A stretch of DNA of 64,000 nucleotides, counting the filler, from Stramenopiles sp. TOSAG23-3 (Eukaryota): NCBI GenBank assembly GCA_900128585.1. It is 11 parts of 11 records of this genome, joined end to end, with 100 filler letters (N's around TTAATTAATTAA, not from the genome) between each part and the next. Parts side by side here need not be neighbours in the genome. Positions count along the whole stretch, not along the records: positions 7,561 to 15,012 come from LT643154.1; positions 15,113 to 22,555 come from LT643155.1; 9 more parts are not named here. One strand, given 5' to 3'. A program made the translations under genes and the position numbers. Positions within the stretch are counted from its first letter, which is position 1. The number at the start of each line of letters is the position of its first letter. The notes below the pieces were generated by a model that saw only the letters and a list, made by a program, of their open reading frames with translations, had not been told where the DNA came from and did not search any database. This document shows positions 8,596-20,343 of the stretch, in pieces.

Positions 8596-10629
8596 TTAGT
8601 CATCCTTGGGGCGGTACAAAATATCACTGGATATATCAATCACGTCACCGTCATCGTCACCGTCCAAACCAAAATCGCTGTAACTTGTTCTTCTGTAATG
8701 TGACTTCGGCATTTTTTCGTCCCACCCAAATTTCCGAACCACTCGTCTAACATCGCGCTTCAGCTCGTTTCGCAATTTGATCAATTGGTTCCCTTTGTTC
8801 CCCCGGAATGCATTTATGATCAGAATGCGTGCGTTGCTTACGAGCGATTTCCAAGTTTCAACAGCCTTTATGCCTCCCATCATAATCATGGGGGATAGAA
8901 AAAATGTCAGCACGGCTCCAGTCTCACCAAAGTAGTAGTATGCCAGCCCTACGTAAAAAAGGGTCGCTAAGGGTGCTAGGACTACGGAGGTTAATATCTT
9001 CCATGTACCAATAACATCTCGGCCAGTCAGTTTGACGCTGGACTTTTTCAAAGCATCGCGGGCTTTTTTCGCAGAGTAGTACCTAGATATCAACAGGAGG
9101 GGAAAGGTGCCCAGCACACTCACCGCACTGATGACAGTCAATGGAATGAGCGCTGCAATGATCAGCGACAGCTCAAACATAGAAATGCTCATATCAGCAA
9201 AAGTTTCATCTGCCATTGCCATTTTGACTTTGTGGTCCGGTAAGCGGTGGGCCTTCAGCGTGGCCTGGTACTCGACTACCTTTTTGAACAGGTTTTGAAC
9301 TTCTGGCTTATCTTTAAGCCTTTCGTAACCTTTCGAAAATACGCTGATAACTTCTAATCGATCGTGTTCACTCATTTCATTGGCAAGATGGCTTGGCATG
9401 TACAATTTGTTCATCGTCCTGAAAAATTGTAAATGGGCATAATCAGGTGCGTCCATCGTGACTAGCCCCAAACCGGCGCGAATAGATTCCAAAAATGTGT
9501 TGCATGCCTCTCGTTTGTCCACCCCGCCTTTTTTGAACTGGTTCAGAATCTTTTCGGACGGCAAAACTGGCTTGCCAATATCTACAAACACGCGAGAACG
9601 GAAGCGATGCCCGTTGAAGTAATTGATTCCAACGGGGATTATTGGAACTGTTGCCCCCGCCCCCGACGACGATGCCATGGCGTCCAGTGCAATCAGCGCG
9701 ACGCCTGCTTTCAGGGGCAGCAGCTCCGTTCGGTCATGGCTTCCGCCTTCAGGAAAAATCCCAACCGCCTTTTCATCCCTTAAGCGCTGCAGGACAGATC
9801 CAAAGAAAACGCTTTGGTCCAGACGGGGCACAACCTTGTACTTCTTCGGTTTTGATTTGGGTCCAACGAAAGGTTCCTTTGCTTTCCGCGTACCGTTGAC
9901 CGGTTCTTTCACCTGTACATCGGCTTTCAGGACAATCCTTGTGTTGGACTCAATCCTTTCTATAACGCCTTTTGTTTTCAATTTTCCAACCAGAAGAGTA
10001 TCCCCTCTTTTACACTCGGACTCAAACTTCGTGTTGACCCCCAAAACCGTATTGCTAGTGTCAAACACAATCGTCCCTGAGCCGACAACTGCGACGTCCT
10101 GGGGCCGCTCTACCGGAATGCTACCAAGAAGCTTGATTATGACCCCTTCGTACTTTTTCCGGCAGCTGGATGCGGCAGCTATAAAACCTATATCTTTTCG
10201 GGCATTGAGAGCTCGCATCGCAACGACACCGTCGATGAATTGGTTGTTATGGGGAGCACACGCAAAAATGACTGGTCCGTCAATAGGAACATTCATGGCG
10301 CCGCCCACATCAAAGTGTTTGAAAAAAATCTCAGTCACCCAAAAGAGAAAGTTCCTCGTTACCATTTTCATGTCAACTGCCTTGATTGCCCAAAAGTAAA
10401 ATGGGACGAAGGCGCAAAACTTTGCGACCAGCCAGTGGTGACCGAGCGACAGCACAACAACATCGACCGCAACAGACATCCACAAAAGCGTTACACCGGA
10501 AGTATTCGAGAGAAGAAAAAAGGAGGAGGTCGACGCTTCGTGCACGAGGTCGGAGCTGTGGCCGTTCCTTCCCGCTTTCGCGGCCCTCTTCCCGGCTTGC
10601 ATTTCGGTTGAAAAATTAACTTGTGCCAT
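8596..10629 (-). CDS. Glycerol-3-phosphate O-acyltransferase (Sct1/Gpt2-like PlsC family)
   Basis: PHNNQFID (HxxxxD), IPVERPQD, IFPEGGSHDR and RFRS motifs, C-terminal TM segments. First ATG at 10629. Confidence 0.9.
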   Translation of the reverse strand: MAQVNFSTEMQAGKRAAKAGRNGHSSDLVHEASTSSFFLLSNTSGVTLLWMSVAVDVVVLSLGHHWLVAKFCAFVPFYFWAIKAVDMKMVTRNFLFWVTEIFFKHFDVGGAMNVPIDGPVIFACAPHNNQFIDGVVAMRALNARKDIGFIAAASSCRKKYEGVIIKLLGSIPVERPQDVAVVGSGTIVFDTSNTVLGVNTKFESECKRGDTLLVGKLKTKGVIERIESNTRIVLKADVQVKEPVNGTRKAKEPFVGPKSKPKKYKVVPRLDQSVFFGSVLQRLRDEKAVGIFPEGGSHDRTELLPLKAGVALIALDAMASSSGAGATVPIIPVGINYFNGHRFRSRVFVDIGKPVLPSEKILNQFKKGGVDKREACNTFLESIRAGLGLVTMDAPDYAHLQFFRTMNKLYMPSHLANEMSEHDRLEVISVFSKGYERLKDKPEVQNLFKKVVEYQATLKAHRLPDHKVKMAMADETFADMSISMFELSLIIAALIPLTVISAVSVLGTFPLLLISRYYSAKKARDALKKSSVKLTGRDVIGTWKILTSVVLAPLATLFYVGLAYYYFGETGAVLTFFLSPMIMMGGIKAVETWKSLVSNARILIINAFRGNKGNQLIKLRNELKRDVRRVVRKFGWDEKMPKSHYRRTSYSDFGLDGDDDGDVIDISSDILYRPKDD

Positions 10630-11066
10630 GTTGCCCTTGGAAAATTCCCTCGCATTACGAGACAACAGGAACCGAACAGCGATAACTTGTTTCTACACGA
10701 TTCATACTTTTTAATACTTGACACCTTTACAGTTATATTTACAAGTATTTATAATAATTATATTCCAACTGACTTATTGACTTGTTGTTATTATTATAAA
10801 AAATATTTCTATAATATTTTTTAAAACAAGAAGAAAATTGGCTGTTATATTTATAAGAAGTAATTATTATTAAATTTAGCTTCTTCGTACCCTAAACCTA
10901 ACTTGCTATATTTTTAAAGTCAATTTTTTTAATTATTTATTTACTAATAATAATAATAAATAACAACAACCGATTGATTATATTGTGTAATAGGTAGACA
11001 GGTTTTTAGCATCGGCGTAGCATTACATTTTTTCGAATTGGATTAGTAGCTCGACCCTCATCAAGT

Positions 11067-11126
11067 TTTGAGTTGAGTTGAGTTGAGTTAGTTTTTGAGG
11101 TGAGTTGAGTTGAGTGTCGTTGAGTG
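11067..11126. repeat. (TTGAG)n degenerate pentanucleotide repeat
   Basis: Direct repeat. Confidence 0.75.
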
Positions 11127-12618
11127 TGTTGTTTAATTCTGTATTCACAGAATAATATAAAATGTAATTAATGGCGTTAGGCGTTTCATAAAAAAATTAG
11201 GAAGAAGGATAATAACCCTGATATAACACTAATCGTAATACTAAAAAAGAAATGTACTCCATCCTCGATCCATCCTCGATCCACCCTGCTTCCTTTTTCT
11301 CTTGTTATTTTGTTTAAAAAATTGATATATATTAAGGAAATATAACCTCAAACTTGTTTATAGTGTTATTACCTGTATGAAACATCCCCTCTTTTTTATT
11401 TAATGCTATTTCAATGTATTATCGGAAACTAAAAAAATAGTTTCTATGCTATTGCCTGTGAAACACAAACTTAATTTTTATAAGGATTTTCAATTTCCAA
11501 GAGCAACTAAAGCCATTAAAACAAAATGATTTCAAGGCAAATGCAGTGAGCCATCTATTTTCACTCCTCCGAAATACTCTTACACAGCATTTTATCTTAT
11601 TTTGTGGACGGGTTTTCTTCAATCAGAGCAGCAAGAATTGTTGTTGTTGGTTGCACTTGAGCGCTTGCTTGAGCGGCGCGTTAATTATGTCCGTACTATC
11701 ATCATCACCACTTGTCCTCGTATATATTCAGGCTTAAATAAAAAAATCCCCTACTGACACTAGTTCAGGAACCAAAAATAACGAAATAAGGAAATAATTA
11801 GTTTTTTACTAAATCAAAGGATTGATATATTAAGGTATTAAATATAAACAATTATAACAGGGTTCCTGAAACATTATGTGATTTTTCATATATAGAAATA
11901 TCATTAGAATTTTGTCACATTACAAAAACAACACAAATATAATTTAAATTGGAAAATAAAATAAAAAGCATCATTTCATGATTTTTCATAAAATATATTC
12001 TACTATATATACATACTATACGAGTTTTATGTACAGTATGTCGTGTTTGGTTGTTGGTCGAAGAATTCTTTGTTGATGGACAAAAATACACTTTTCATCG
12101 CTTGGTACTGTGTGCCTTTGTGTTCCTCCCCAGAGCGTGACATTGTCCTTAAAACAACAAACACTTCATGCTTTAAACGACTGCCATTTAATTATTTAAA
12201 GAAGAAAAAGAGGACGCGACGATCGAAAAGAAAAAAGAAGCAGGACACAGGAGGATTCAAACAAAAAATTACGGTTGTATTGTTGACTGCTAATTATTAA
12301 CTTTAACACTTAGAGTGTCAATCTGAGAATGTTTTCAGTGGCCAGCGAGGTTCGTAGGACAATAAACCACAAAATTACATATACTAAAGGAGAAGAGGTT
12401 TGTAAGTTTTATCTATGAAAATATAAGAACAGGAATTGAACCGCAAAAGTGCGTGCGTGTAGCGCCGGCGTGACACATACCACTTGCACGACGGGTGACG
12501 TTTACCTTTGCTTCGCGTTGTCTTCCACACGGGCTCGTATTTCCCTCGATTGCTACCATTGATCCGTCAATTAAGCAATTGATTTCCTAATTCTTCATTA
12601 ATTACCGTAAATTATAGG

Positions 12619-13728
12619 ATGGACGGGGTGGATGGGTCGGCGGATGAAAGTCAGAGGCCTACTTTGTCAAGTTACTGTCCTGGCGTACGGGAGAGGGGCT
12701 CACCCCCTTACGTTAGCGGCGATCAGCGTGCGGCGGGGTCGGCATGGACACCTGTAGACCATTTTAAGAAAGACAATGCTTACGATTATAGACCATCGGG
12801 CAAAGTTTCTGCGGAATTACCAAACAATCGAGTTGTAGTAGTTGGGACAGTAGTTGGAGGTCTGAAACAAGCGGGTTCGGCAGTTTTGCCCTCCCGATCG
12901 GCCGGGGCGGGGCAGGCCAGTGAGAGTGCCCCCGAGCCAAAGAATTTAGGCGGTCTAGATATCTTATTGTCTACGATCAGCAGCCACGTGCTACAGGATG
13001 ATGGGTCTGCAGCAATTAAGCGGGGGTATGAAGGTTCTTCCTCGTTTGAGAATGGATATAGTTTGAGTGGGCGCAAACGGAAGTACGAAGACGACGCAGA
13101 TTCGGCGATCCGCATTCTTCATGCGGTAAATAAGCAGAAAAAGATGAAACAGATTTGTGAACAGCACCGAAGGGACGCGCTGAAGGAAGGGCTGGAAACC
13201 TTGAAGGCCATGACCTCGGATTTTCTGGTGCAGAAACGAGTATCGCGCCGTGGCCCGACGCAGATGAAAATATTAAAGGTTGCCTTAGTTCGCCTCCGGC
13301 TTACGAAAGGCCTTCCTCCATTTCCGGACCACATGCTCTTGGAGGACAGCAACTTCATAGCCATGCCTGCCGCGTTCATCAAACCTGGGTGTAAAATAAC
13401 GGAAAACGGGTTCGAAATCCCTCCGGGGGGCATTCCCAAAGACAAGTTAGGCATCCAGCGCATGGAAAACAAACAGAGGGGGGAGCGAAGGCGGCGAAAT
13501 CTGCAGCGGCTTGAGATCGAGCTTGTGGCGATGTGTGTGCCGAAAATCCTGCGAACCGCAATCAGGAAGACGGATGCTTTTGATTGCATTGCAAGGTGCC
13601 TTCGCGCCCTCCCACCGGTGCCACTCGCGGAAAAAATACGAATATCATCAATAATCGAAAATTCTCACGTGGTGATTCCAAAAAAAATGGGGAAGCCGGT
13701 GCCGTTGGCTGAGCCAGAATTCTCATGA
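12619..13728 (+). CDS. Putative transcription factor with two bHLH-like domains
   Basis: KQICEQHRRDALKEGLETLK...TQMKILKVAL and KQRGERRRRNLQRLEIELVAMCVP...RKTDAFDCIARCL. NLS-like RKRK. Confidence 0.7.
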   Translation: MDGVDGSADESQRPTLSSYCPGVRERGSPPYVSGDQRAAGSAWTPVDHFKKDNAYDYRPSGKVSAELPNNRVVVVGTVVGGLKQAGSAVLPSRSAGAGQASESAPEPKNLGGLDILLSTISSHVLQDDGSAAIKRGYEGSSSFENGYSLSGRKRKYEDDADSAIRILHAVNKQKKMKQICEQHRRDALKEGLETLKAMTSDFLVQKRVSRRGPTQMKILKVALVRLRLTKGLPPFPDHMLLEDSNFIAMPAAFIKPGCKITENGFEIPPGGIPKDKLGIQRMENKQRGERRRRNLQRLEIELVAMCVPKILRTAIRKTDAFDCIARCLRALPPVPLAEKIRISSIIENSHVVIPKKMGKPVPLAEPEFS

Positions 13729-13762
13729 AGTTAAAGATCATGAATCATGAATTAAGTTGTTT

Positions 13763-13940
13763 TTAAACAAGAAAATTGTCTGTTATTTAAGTAATTAAAA
13801 TTAATGTACTGCGAACTGAAATCTGAAAGCTGTTAAAATTTTAAGTAAATATTTTTAAAATTTTATTCTTCTTTATGTACCGTGAACCTGAATCTGCACC
13901 GTTTGGCCATTTTAAATAACAGCCAATTTTCTTGTTTTAA
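13763..13940. mobile_element. MITE-like segment bounded by inverted copies of the 29-bp element
   Basis: TTAAACAAGAAAATTGTCTGTTATTTAA at 13763 and TTAAATAACAGCCAATTTTCTTGTTTTAA ending at 13940. Internal modules are shared with 5899-5923, 7588-7608 and ~16937-16983. Confidence 0.5.
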
Positions 13941-14113
13941 TATATATTTGGATGTGCGTCGATGTCAGAATAAATTAATTTGTTTAAAACGAATTTTAAT
14001 AAAAAACTTGTTTTTATTCGCAAATGTATACCCTTAACGCATCATCATAATTTTGTTTTTCTATTAATAAAAAACACGTATTTAAAAGAATCTCTTATTT
14101 GAGTTGTTTTTAA

Positions 14114-15012
14114 TTACTTTGCAAACTGCCCTAGATTTACCGTTTCTTGTATAATAATGGCACACACCAATGCCGCGTTCAGTCCTATGGTGAATAGAAA
14201 ACTCATCGCAGATGCTACTCGCACCCGGGCTCTTGGTGGGACGGCAGTGGACGCAAATTGGTAAGCGTTAGTAGCAAAGAAACCGCTTGACATAGAAAAT
14301 AAAGCGACCCCCGTTAAGATACCAATGTCGCTTAATCTTACGTATCCACCTATGTATGCAAAGAAGAACGGAATGAATAATAGTCGCAGCACGGAGCAGT
14401 ACAATAATTGCCGACTGTTTCCAAACACATTAAGTAGCACCGTCAGAGGCCGCGAGATTGTGTCAAATGCGAGCTTTGCGAAGAACAGGTACTTTGCTAA
14501 TTGTTGGTTTAACAAACCATCGCTTTTTATGTAAGCGTAGAACGTTAGAAGGAAAATCGACCCAAAAATAGTGCAAAATAGTGAGATCGCCTCTGCGCGC
14601 ACATATTGGAGCACATCAAGTAGAGAAGACTCTTCATTCAATGTACAGTGTCCTTGTGCCAAAAGTGATGTGGACGCATCTCGTTGGGAATTTACCGCAG
14701 CATTGTCCGGGTGTGGGCATCCAACTTCCAGATCTCTAGCAGCGTTCTTTAATTCATTAATTTTACTGGCGACAAACTGTTCTGATGACACGCCTTTGTC
14801 TTGTCTGACCATGGAACTGTTGAACGATGTGCTGCTGCAGTTCAAAATTAGGTAAGCGACAAGCGCAATCAACTCGAGAACTGCTACAGCTTCAAAATAA
14901 TGTCTTAGCTCTACTTGGCTGGGGGCATAGCCAAACGATGACCACACTTGGGCTGCGAATATTACAAACCCGGCACCTTGATAACCCATTGAAAACGACG
15001 CCAAACACTTTC
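14114..15012 (-). CDS. Equilibrative nucleoside transporter (SLC29), 5'-partial
   Basis: Multi-TM with FDTISR, RLLFIPFF and FSMSSGF motifs. The ORF runs into the contig end. Confidence 0.75.
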
Positions 15013-15354
15013 NNNNNNNNNNNNNNNNNNNNNNNNNNNNNNNNNNNNNNNNNNNNTTAATTAATTAANNNNNNNNNNNNNNNNNNNNNNNNNNNNNNNN
15101 NNNNNNNNNNNNATGGAGTCCCGATTCCCATCAATGAATTATATTGCCAACAAAGAAAAGCGTAAGGAATATATATACACACGCACAGAGAGAGAGAAAG
15201 AGAGAGAGAGAAGTGGAACATTTCAACAACTGGTCGTTCTTCGGCATCGTTTTGCTGTCTTCCATATAAACACGAGGAGGATCCTTTGACCTTTGTAGTA
15301 CGTACGACAAGGCTATTTATTGACTCCGAATACCGGTGAGGTTCGCCGGTCATC

Positions 15355-16718
15355 ATGTTTCTACTGCTGCTTGTGGTTGCCTTTGGGCTGGCAGGCGTTG
15401 CTGAGCCGTACCAAACTGTTTATATCTCCCGGCACTGCGCCAGATCGACACCGATGCAAATTTATGGCGGCATCGATGATTTTCCATTTTTGAGCAACTT
15501 TTCCAACGCGAGTTTTCCCCCCTGGGGGGAACCCGCCTACGACTGTAAGTATAATTGTTGGCGTTGCCCTCCGTGTTGATGTGACGGGAGGGTGCGATGC
15601 TGTGAATTCAAATTTTCGTTCGCTAACTAACGCACATTTAAAATTCTGGTTTTCAAAGGTCTTCCCAGGGGAGTTGAAATTCTGAAATCGTTTGGAAAAA
15701 ATTTGAAACATTTCAAGTTTCCGTTTCCGTTTAAGACCACTGCAGATACGGTGAACCGGGACAAGACGACTGGTAAGTATTGAACTCCGCCACACCACTT
15801 TGTCCGTTATTATTTTTTTCTTCTTCCCGCAACAGAACGGCGCCCGACGTCTGACTAACACGCCATCGTCTTATTTTGTAAACAGCCGGCGCTCTACTAG
15901 AAGGCCTTGGAGTTGATCCGACGGATTATGACGTAGATGGGAGACTATTTGAGCCAACTGCAAACGGGGTATGCGATCCGCTGCCAAACCAGACACAGAT
16001 CGACGAGATGCAGAAAACGTACAACTCGATATTCCAGAATGCGACACAAATGAGATACCACAAGGAACGATTGGCTAGGTTGCAAAATATTTTGGGCGCC
16101 GGCGTTGCCCCTCCGATCCAAGGTATCGCTGACTTCTTCTCCTCTGGGGTTTGGGGGGGGACGCTTTCCGGTGGGACTGCGGTAGGCAGCGCAATAATCG
16201 AGGCGTTCATCATGCAGGTCGGGGGCGGGTTGGATGTGGCCTGGGGGAGGCTGGACAATGTAGCGGAACTTTACAGTGATTTGCTTGAGGCGCACATCAC
16301 GTACAGGCATGTTATGGCCAGAACACCGGTGATTGCCAAGTATCGCCACTCCAACCTCTTGCATCACATCATATTGGCCTTGGACCCGAGCAACGCAACG
16401 ACCCTGCCCGGCACAAGAATGTACGTCGGGCATGATTCCGATTTAGACGGCCTGGCAACTATTCTTGGGCTCTCTTGGTCGTCCCCCCCGTTTCCACCAA
16501 ATGCGACGACCCCCGGGTCCGGGCTACGCTTCGACGTTTTTCTGGGCGAGAAGAGCGAATACTTTGTGAAAGTCGATCTGTATTACACAACGTTTGAATC
16601 GGATAAGGCACCAATCTTTGTAGTTCCGGCCAACTTTTCGCACGATACCAATGTCATGAAGTTTTCCGATTTCAAAAAACTTGCTTACGATAAAATGAAC
16701 TTTCAGTGCATTTCCTGA
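15355..16718 (+). CDS. Secreted histidine acid phosphatase/phytase-like protein; join(15355..15544,15659..15772,15886..16718), 378 aa
   Basis: Signal peptide, RHCARS (RHxxRx) and GHD motifs. Two phase-1 GTAAGT...CTAAC...AG introns restore the frame (CLPRG, RDKTTAGALLEGL). Confidence 0.88.
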
Positions 16719-17410
16719 AAATATTTATATTGTGAAGATATTTGAGGGACTAGAAGTGCTAGTGCCTGGCGTGTAAAGCGTGTAGCATGAGAAGTAAACC
16801 CGCCGTGTTAGTACAGAGTGCATGTATTCGTATAATTTATATTGAGTGCAGGGCACAAGTTTTTAAGAATTTAATAATAATTTTTAAAACAAAAAATTGG
16901 CTGTTATTTAAAAAGTATTATCATATCATAAAAATTTATCTTCCTCATGTACCGCGAAAATGAATCTGCTCCTTTTGTCCATTAAAGGTTTACGCTCCTT
17001 CATGTACTGCGATCTTATCTGGTTTTACTAATCAATATACCCTTGTCACTTACGTAGTCTTGACTATCATTCTCAGATGTACTACATGCATGATCCGAAT
17101 CGGTAAGTGGATGGGCAATGCTTTCAAATGACCCAATAGTCAACTTCCCATACGATGTCTCACTCATATCATACGAAGTACGTTAGATGAATCAGTCCTT
17201 GTATGGTTTTCCAAGCAGCGGCGTAATTGTTTTAGAGATGCTCGTTGTCTGTCTTGTAATCAGTCAAGGGATCGCCATTTGCGAGTTGAGGTGGCGGGGG
17301 AGGATTGCTTAGGTCGGTGGAGAGCATGTGGGCAAGCCGGAGCGGCGGTGAGGCAGGGCCTGCGTGCCCAGAATAATTTAATAATTTTAACGTTTTTCTT
17401 TTCTTAAATG

Positions 17411-18298
17411 TTACTTCCTGCGATCGTCTTGCGACACCCTGTTGGAACGTCCTGAAAACTCTCCTTCCTGAATTTCAGATGGCGTCTTCGACTTTGGTTT
17501 GGCCTTTTCGTTATCCGCATTCTTCAGCTTTCGTCTTGCCTTTCTTCTTCGGGTCTTCTCATTTCGCGCTTCTTGGGGCTTAAAGTATGGGCTGGCGCTA
17601 TTGATTTTGAAACCGTAAACCCTGGGGACGAAAGTAACATTCGTAGCACTGTCAATACACAAATGAGGAAATGCCATCAAAAATAAATGTGGAAACGATG
17701 TTCCAAAGTAGGCCCCGTCTATGTTTCCGTGGCGGCTAGACTTGGGGAAATAGATTTCTTTGCATTTTGGACAAAATATGTTCACGGTGGTATGCCTCAA
17801 AGTATCAGACTGTCCTATGGGCAACGCCGGCTGGCCTTCGCAGAACACCCGGTGGCAACGGCCAAAGTCGACGTTCAGGTATTTCTCACGCATCGCGTAC
17901 ATACCCCTGGAAGTCAGAATGTACCGGGCGTGGATCAGCCCATACAGCATCTCCGCCGCGTTCTCCACCATGTCCTTCTGCTCTGGGCCTAGTTTCTCCT
18001 CCTCCGGACTTTCTAAATCCTGTATTATGTCCAGTGCTAACTCGTAAAAGGGGACCTGTGCGCTCAAGCCTGATAGGTTGAAATTATCTTGAATAAAAGC
18101 CTCCTCTACTTCGCAAAAAAATTCATTCCCTTTCAGTCCACAATACCACGTTATCCACGATTCAATCTCTTCGTCTGAATCCGAGAGTTCGCTATCATCT
18201 AACCGTTCCCCGTGAACATCATCCACTGGGTAATTCGATGGGCCACCGTCCTCCCCCCACGTTTGATTCACACCACCTGACCTGTTCCACTGCGACAT
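17411..18298 (-). CDS. CSNK2B: Casein kinase II regulatory subunit beta
   Basis: [38 protein letters not shown] and [12 protein letters not shown] motifs. Confidence 0.97.
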   Translation of the reverse strand: MSQWNRSGGVNQTWGEDGGPSNYPVDDVHGERLDDSELSDSDEEIESWITWYCGLKGNEFFCEVEEAFIQDNFNLSGLSAQVPFYELALDIIQDLESPEEEKLGPEQKDMVENAAEMLYGLIHARYILTSRGMYAMREKYLNVDFGRCHRVFCEGQPALPIGQSDTLRHTTVNIFCPKCKEIYFPKSSRHGNIDGAYFGTSFPHLFLMAFPHLCIDSATNVTFVPRVYGFKINSASPYFKPQEARNEKTRRRKARRKLKNADNEKAKPKSKTPSEIQEGEFSGRSNRVSQDDRRK

Positions 18299-19428
18299 AC
18301 GCTGCCACTACCAACCAACCGTGGTGTAGTGTATATATGTAAAACCGACGAAAGACGAACACACGCGTGAATAAGCGAGAGTTGCTTCTTTGTTCTTTTC
18401 TTTATCTCTGATCTCAAGACTCTATCTGGTTTATCTTTGATTTCGTCTGTCACTCTCACTTACTCAGGTGTCTGTATGCGATTATTTAATTGTCATCATG
18501 AAGTAATAATAATTTTTATTCAGAAGAAGAAAAAAAGGAAGAAGAAGAAGAAGAAAAAGAAGAAAGAGAAAAAAAAGAAAAAAAACAACAACCATCACAT
18601 CATCATAGTTACAGTAGTCCTATTACATATTATTATAGAAAGTATTAATCAATTAAATAATAATAATAATAATATAAAATAATAAATACGAAATACTACA
18701 GAGTATTAATACTGTACGTGGGTGGGGGGGTGGATTTAGATTTTATAAAATTCAAATCAAAATAAAGGACTACTATGAGCCAACGTTTGAGTAAGTATAA
18801 ACTCTTCTATTTAAAATTAAAATTGGAACCTGATCTGATACGGTATTAGATGTATTATATTAATACCGTAGTTAAAAGAATAATAACGTTTATAGTAATA
18901 TTAATATTTATTAAGGTCTCTTTAAGCTTAAGCTTTTTACACTATACTTATTTTATTAACATAATATAATGGTTTAAATTTACTTACAATCACTTTAATT
19001 TTCTTATATTTACTTATTCTACTCTCTCCTTTTTCTTCTTCTCCTATTTATTATTTAAGTTATAGTACGGATGCGACGCTAGTCTAACAAAACAACAACT
19101 GATTTGATTTTTATGGATGATGATGGATATAGATATAGATGAGGAATAATGTCACATTATTTATATTTATTTATTATTCGAAGAAAGAAAAAAGAAAAAA
19201 AAAGAAGAAGAAGAATTATTACTGTACGAGGTTGGTAGAGGGTAGGGTTACTATTACATTAAAATAAGAAGAAGAAGAAGAAGAAGAAGAAAGAAAATTT
19301 ATTATTATATTATTATTTATTTTATTATTATAAATCTAATTATTATTATTATTTATAATATTATTTATTTTTTCTTATAATTAATTAGCTTATTAACTCG
19401 TTCGGAGTCCTGTGCGGTACCGGTACAT

Positions 19429-19905
19429 ATGCCGTTCGTTCTGCAATGGCAGGGCGCCAACGTTGGTTTGTAATAGCACTTGGCCCCGACGCCGTATCAA
19501 ACGAAATATTCCATGCAATCCCGGACCCGCCCCGATACCACCACTTATGACGCAGGTTTTCGAAAGGGAGTGACAACTGTTATACATTTTGAGAGCGGGG
19601 TGGTAGAGAGAGCAACGATATACCAATTTTATTGCTTATTTTGTGGCTCTGGTTCGACCAGCCCAACTGTGAATTTATAGAGAGTAAGCTTCTGCAACTA
19701 CGTGATGTCGAATCAGTGCAAGCACAACCCGTTTTGTGACATGGAAGTGTTTATTGCTGTGTCTTGGGTAATTTTTGGTTTGGCGCACGCGTGTGGTCTG
19801 AGTGGTCTTATCTATCTTTGGGTTACCCCTGCTGTTACGAATGCAAAGAACCGTCTCCAAGAAGGTCTTTTAGACCACGAAGTCAAACCAGAAGAGACGG
19901 CCTGA
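19429..19905 (+). pseudogene. Possible degraded membrane-protein gene
   Basis: Coding-like GC island. One frame runs from ATG 19429 to TGA 19905, interrupted by TAA-TAG near 19471 and TAG at 19678, and ends in a TM-like segment. Confidence 0.3.
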
Positions 19906-20343
19906 GACTAGACGGGGTTGCAGCCTCGAAGTTTTGTTCTGTAGATAAATGGAGTTGGAAATTACGAGTATACCACAGTTTTGAAATGTTTTTTTTTATA
20001 TAAGAATTAAGATAAAAGAAAAAGTAGAGTTCCTATCATAATTTTAAAAAACAAATTATATAGTATGTTTTAAGACTCTCATTTTCTATCATAATTTTAT
20101 AACATTAATTTTATGCACGCCACACCCCAAATACCACACAGGCTTTTCAAAAGGACAGAGAAGAATCCAATTTTCTATAACTGTTGTTTCCCTACTTTCG
20201 TTTTGAGGCAGCAGCAGATAGGATTCAGGGAGGAGAGTTGGCTCTTGAACCGCATTTGCCCCCATTTTAATACGAAGTATAAACAGAGCATCATACTATA
20301 TCATTAGTTTTTTTTTTAAACAGAGCATCATTACATTTGTTTT

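Noticed and set aside
19429-19905. In-frame stops suggesting a reassigned genetic code
   Set aside because: Conserved genes in the window have no internal stops and end in TAA, TAG or TGA. Decay is the simpler explanation.
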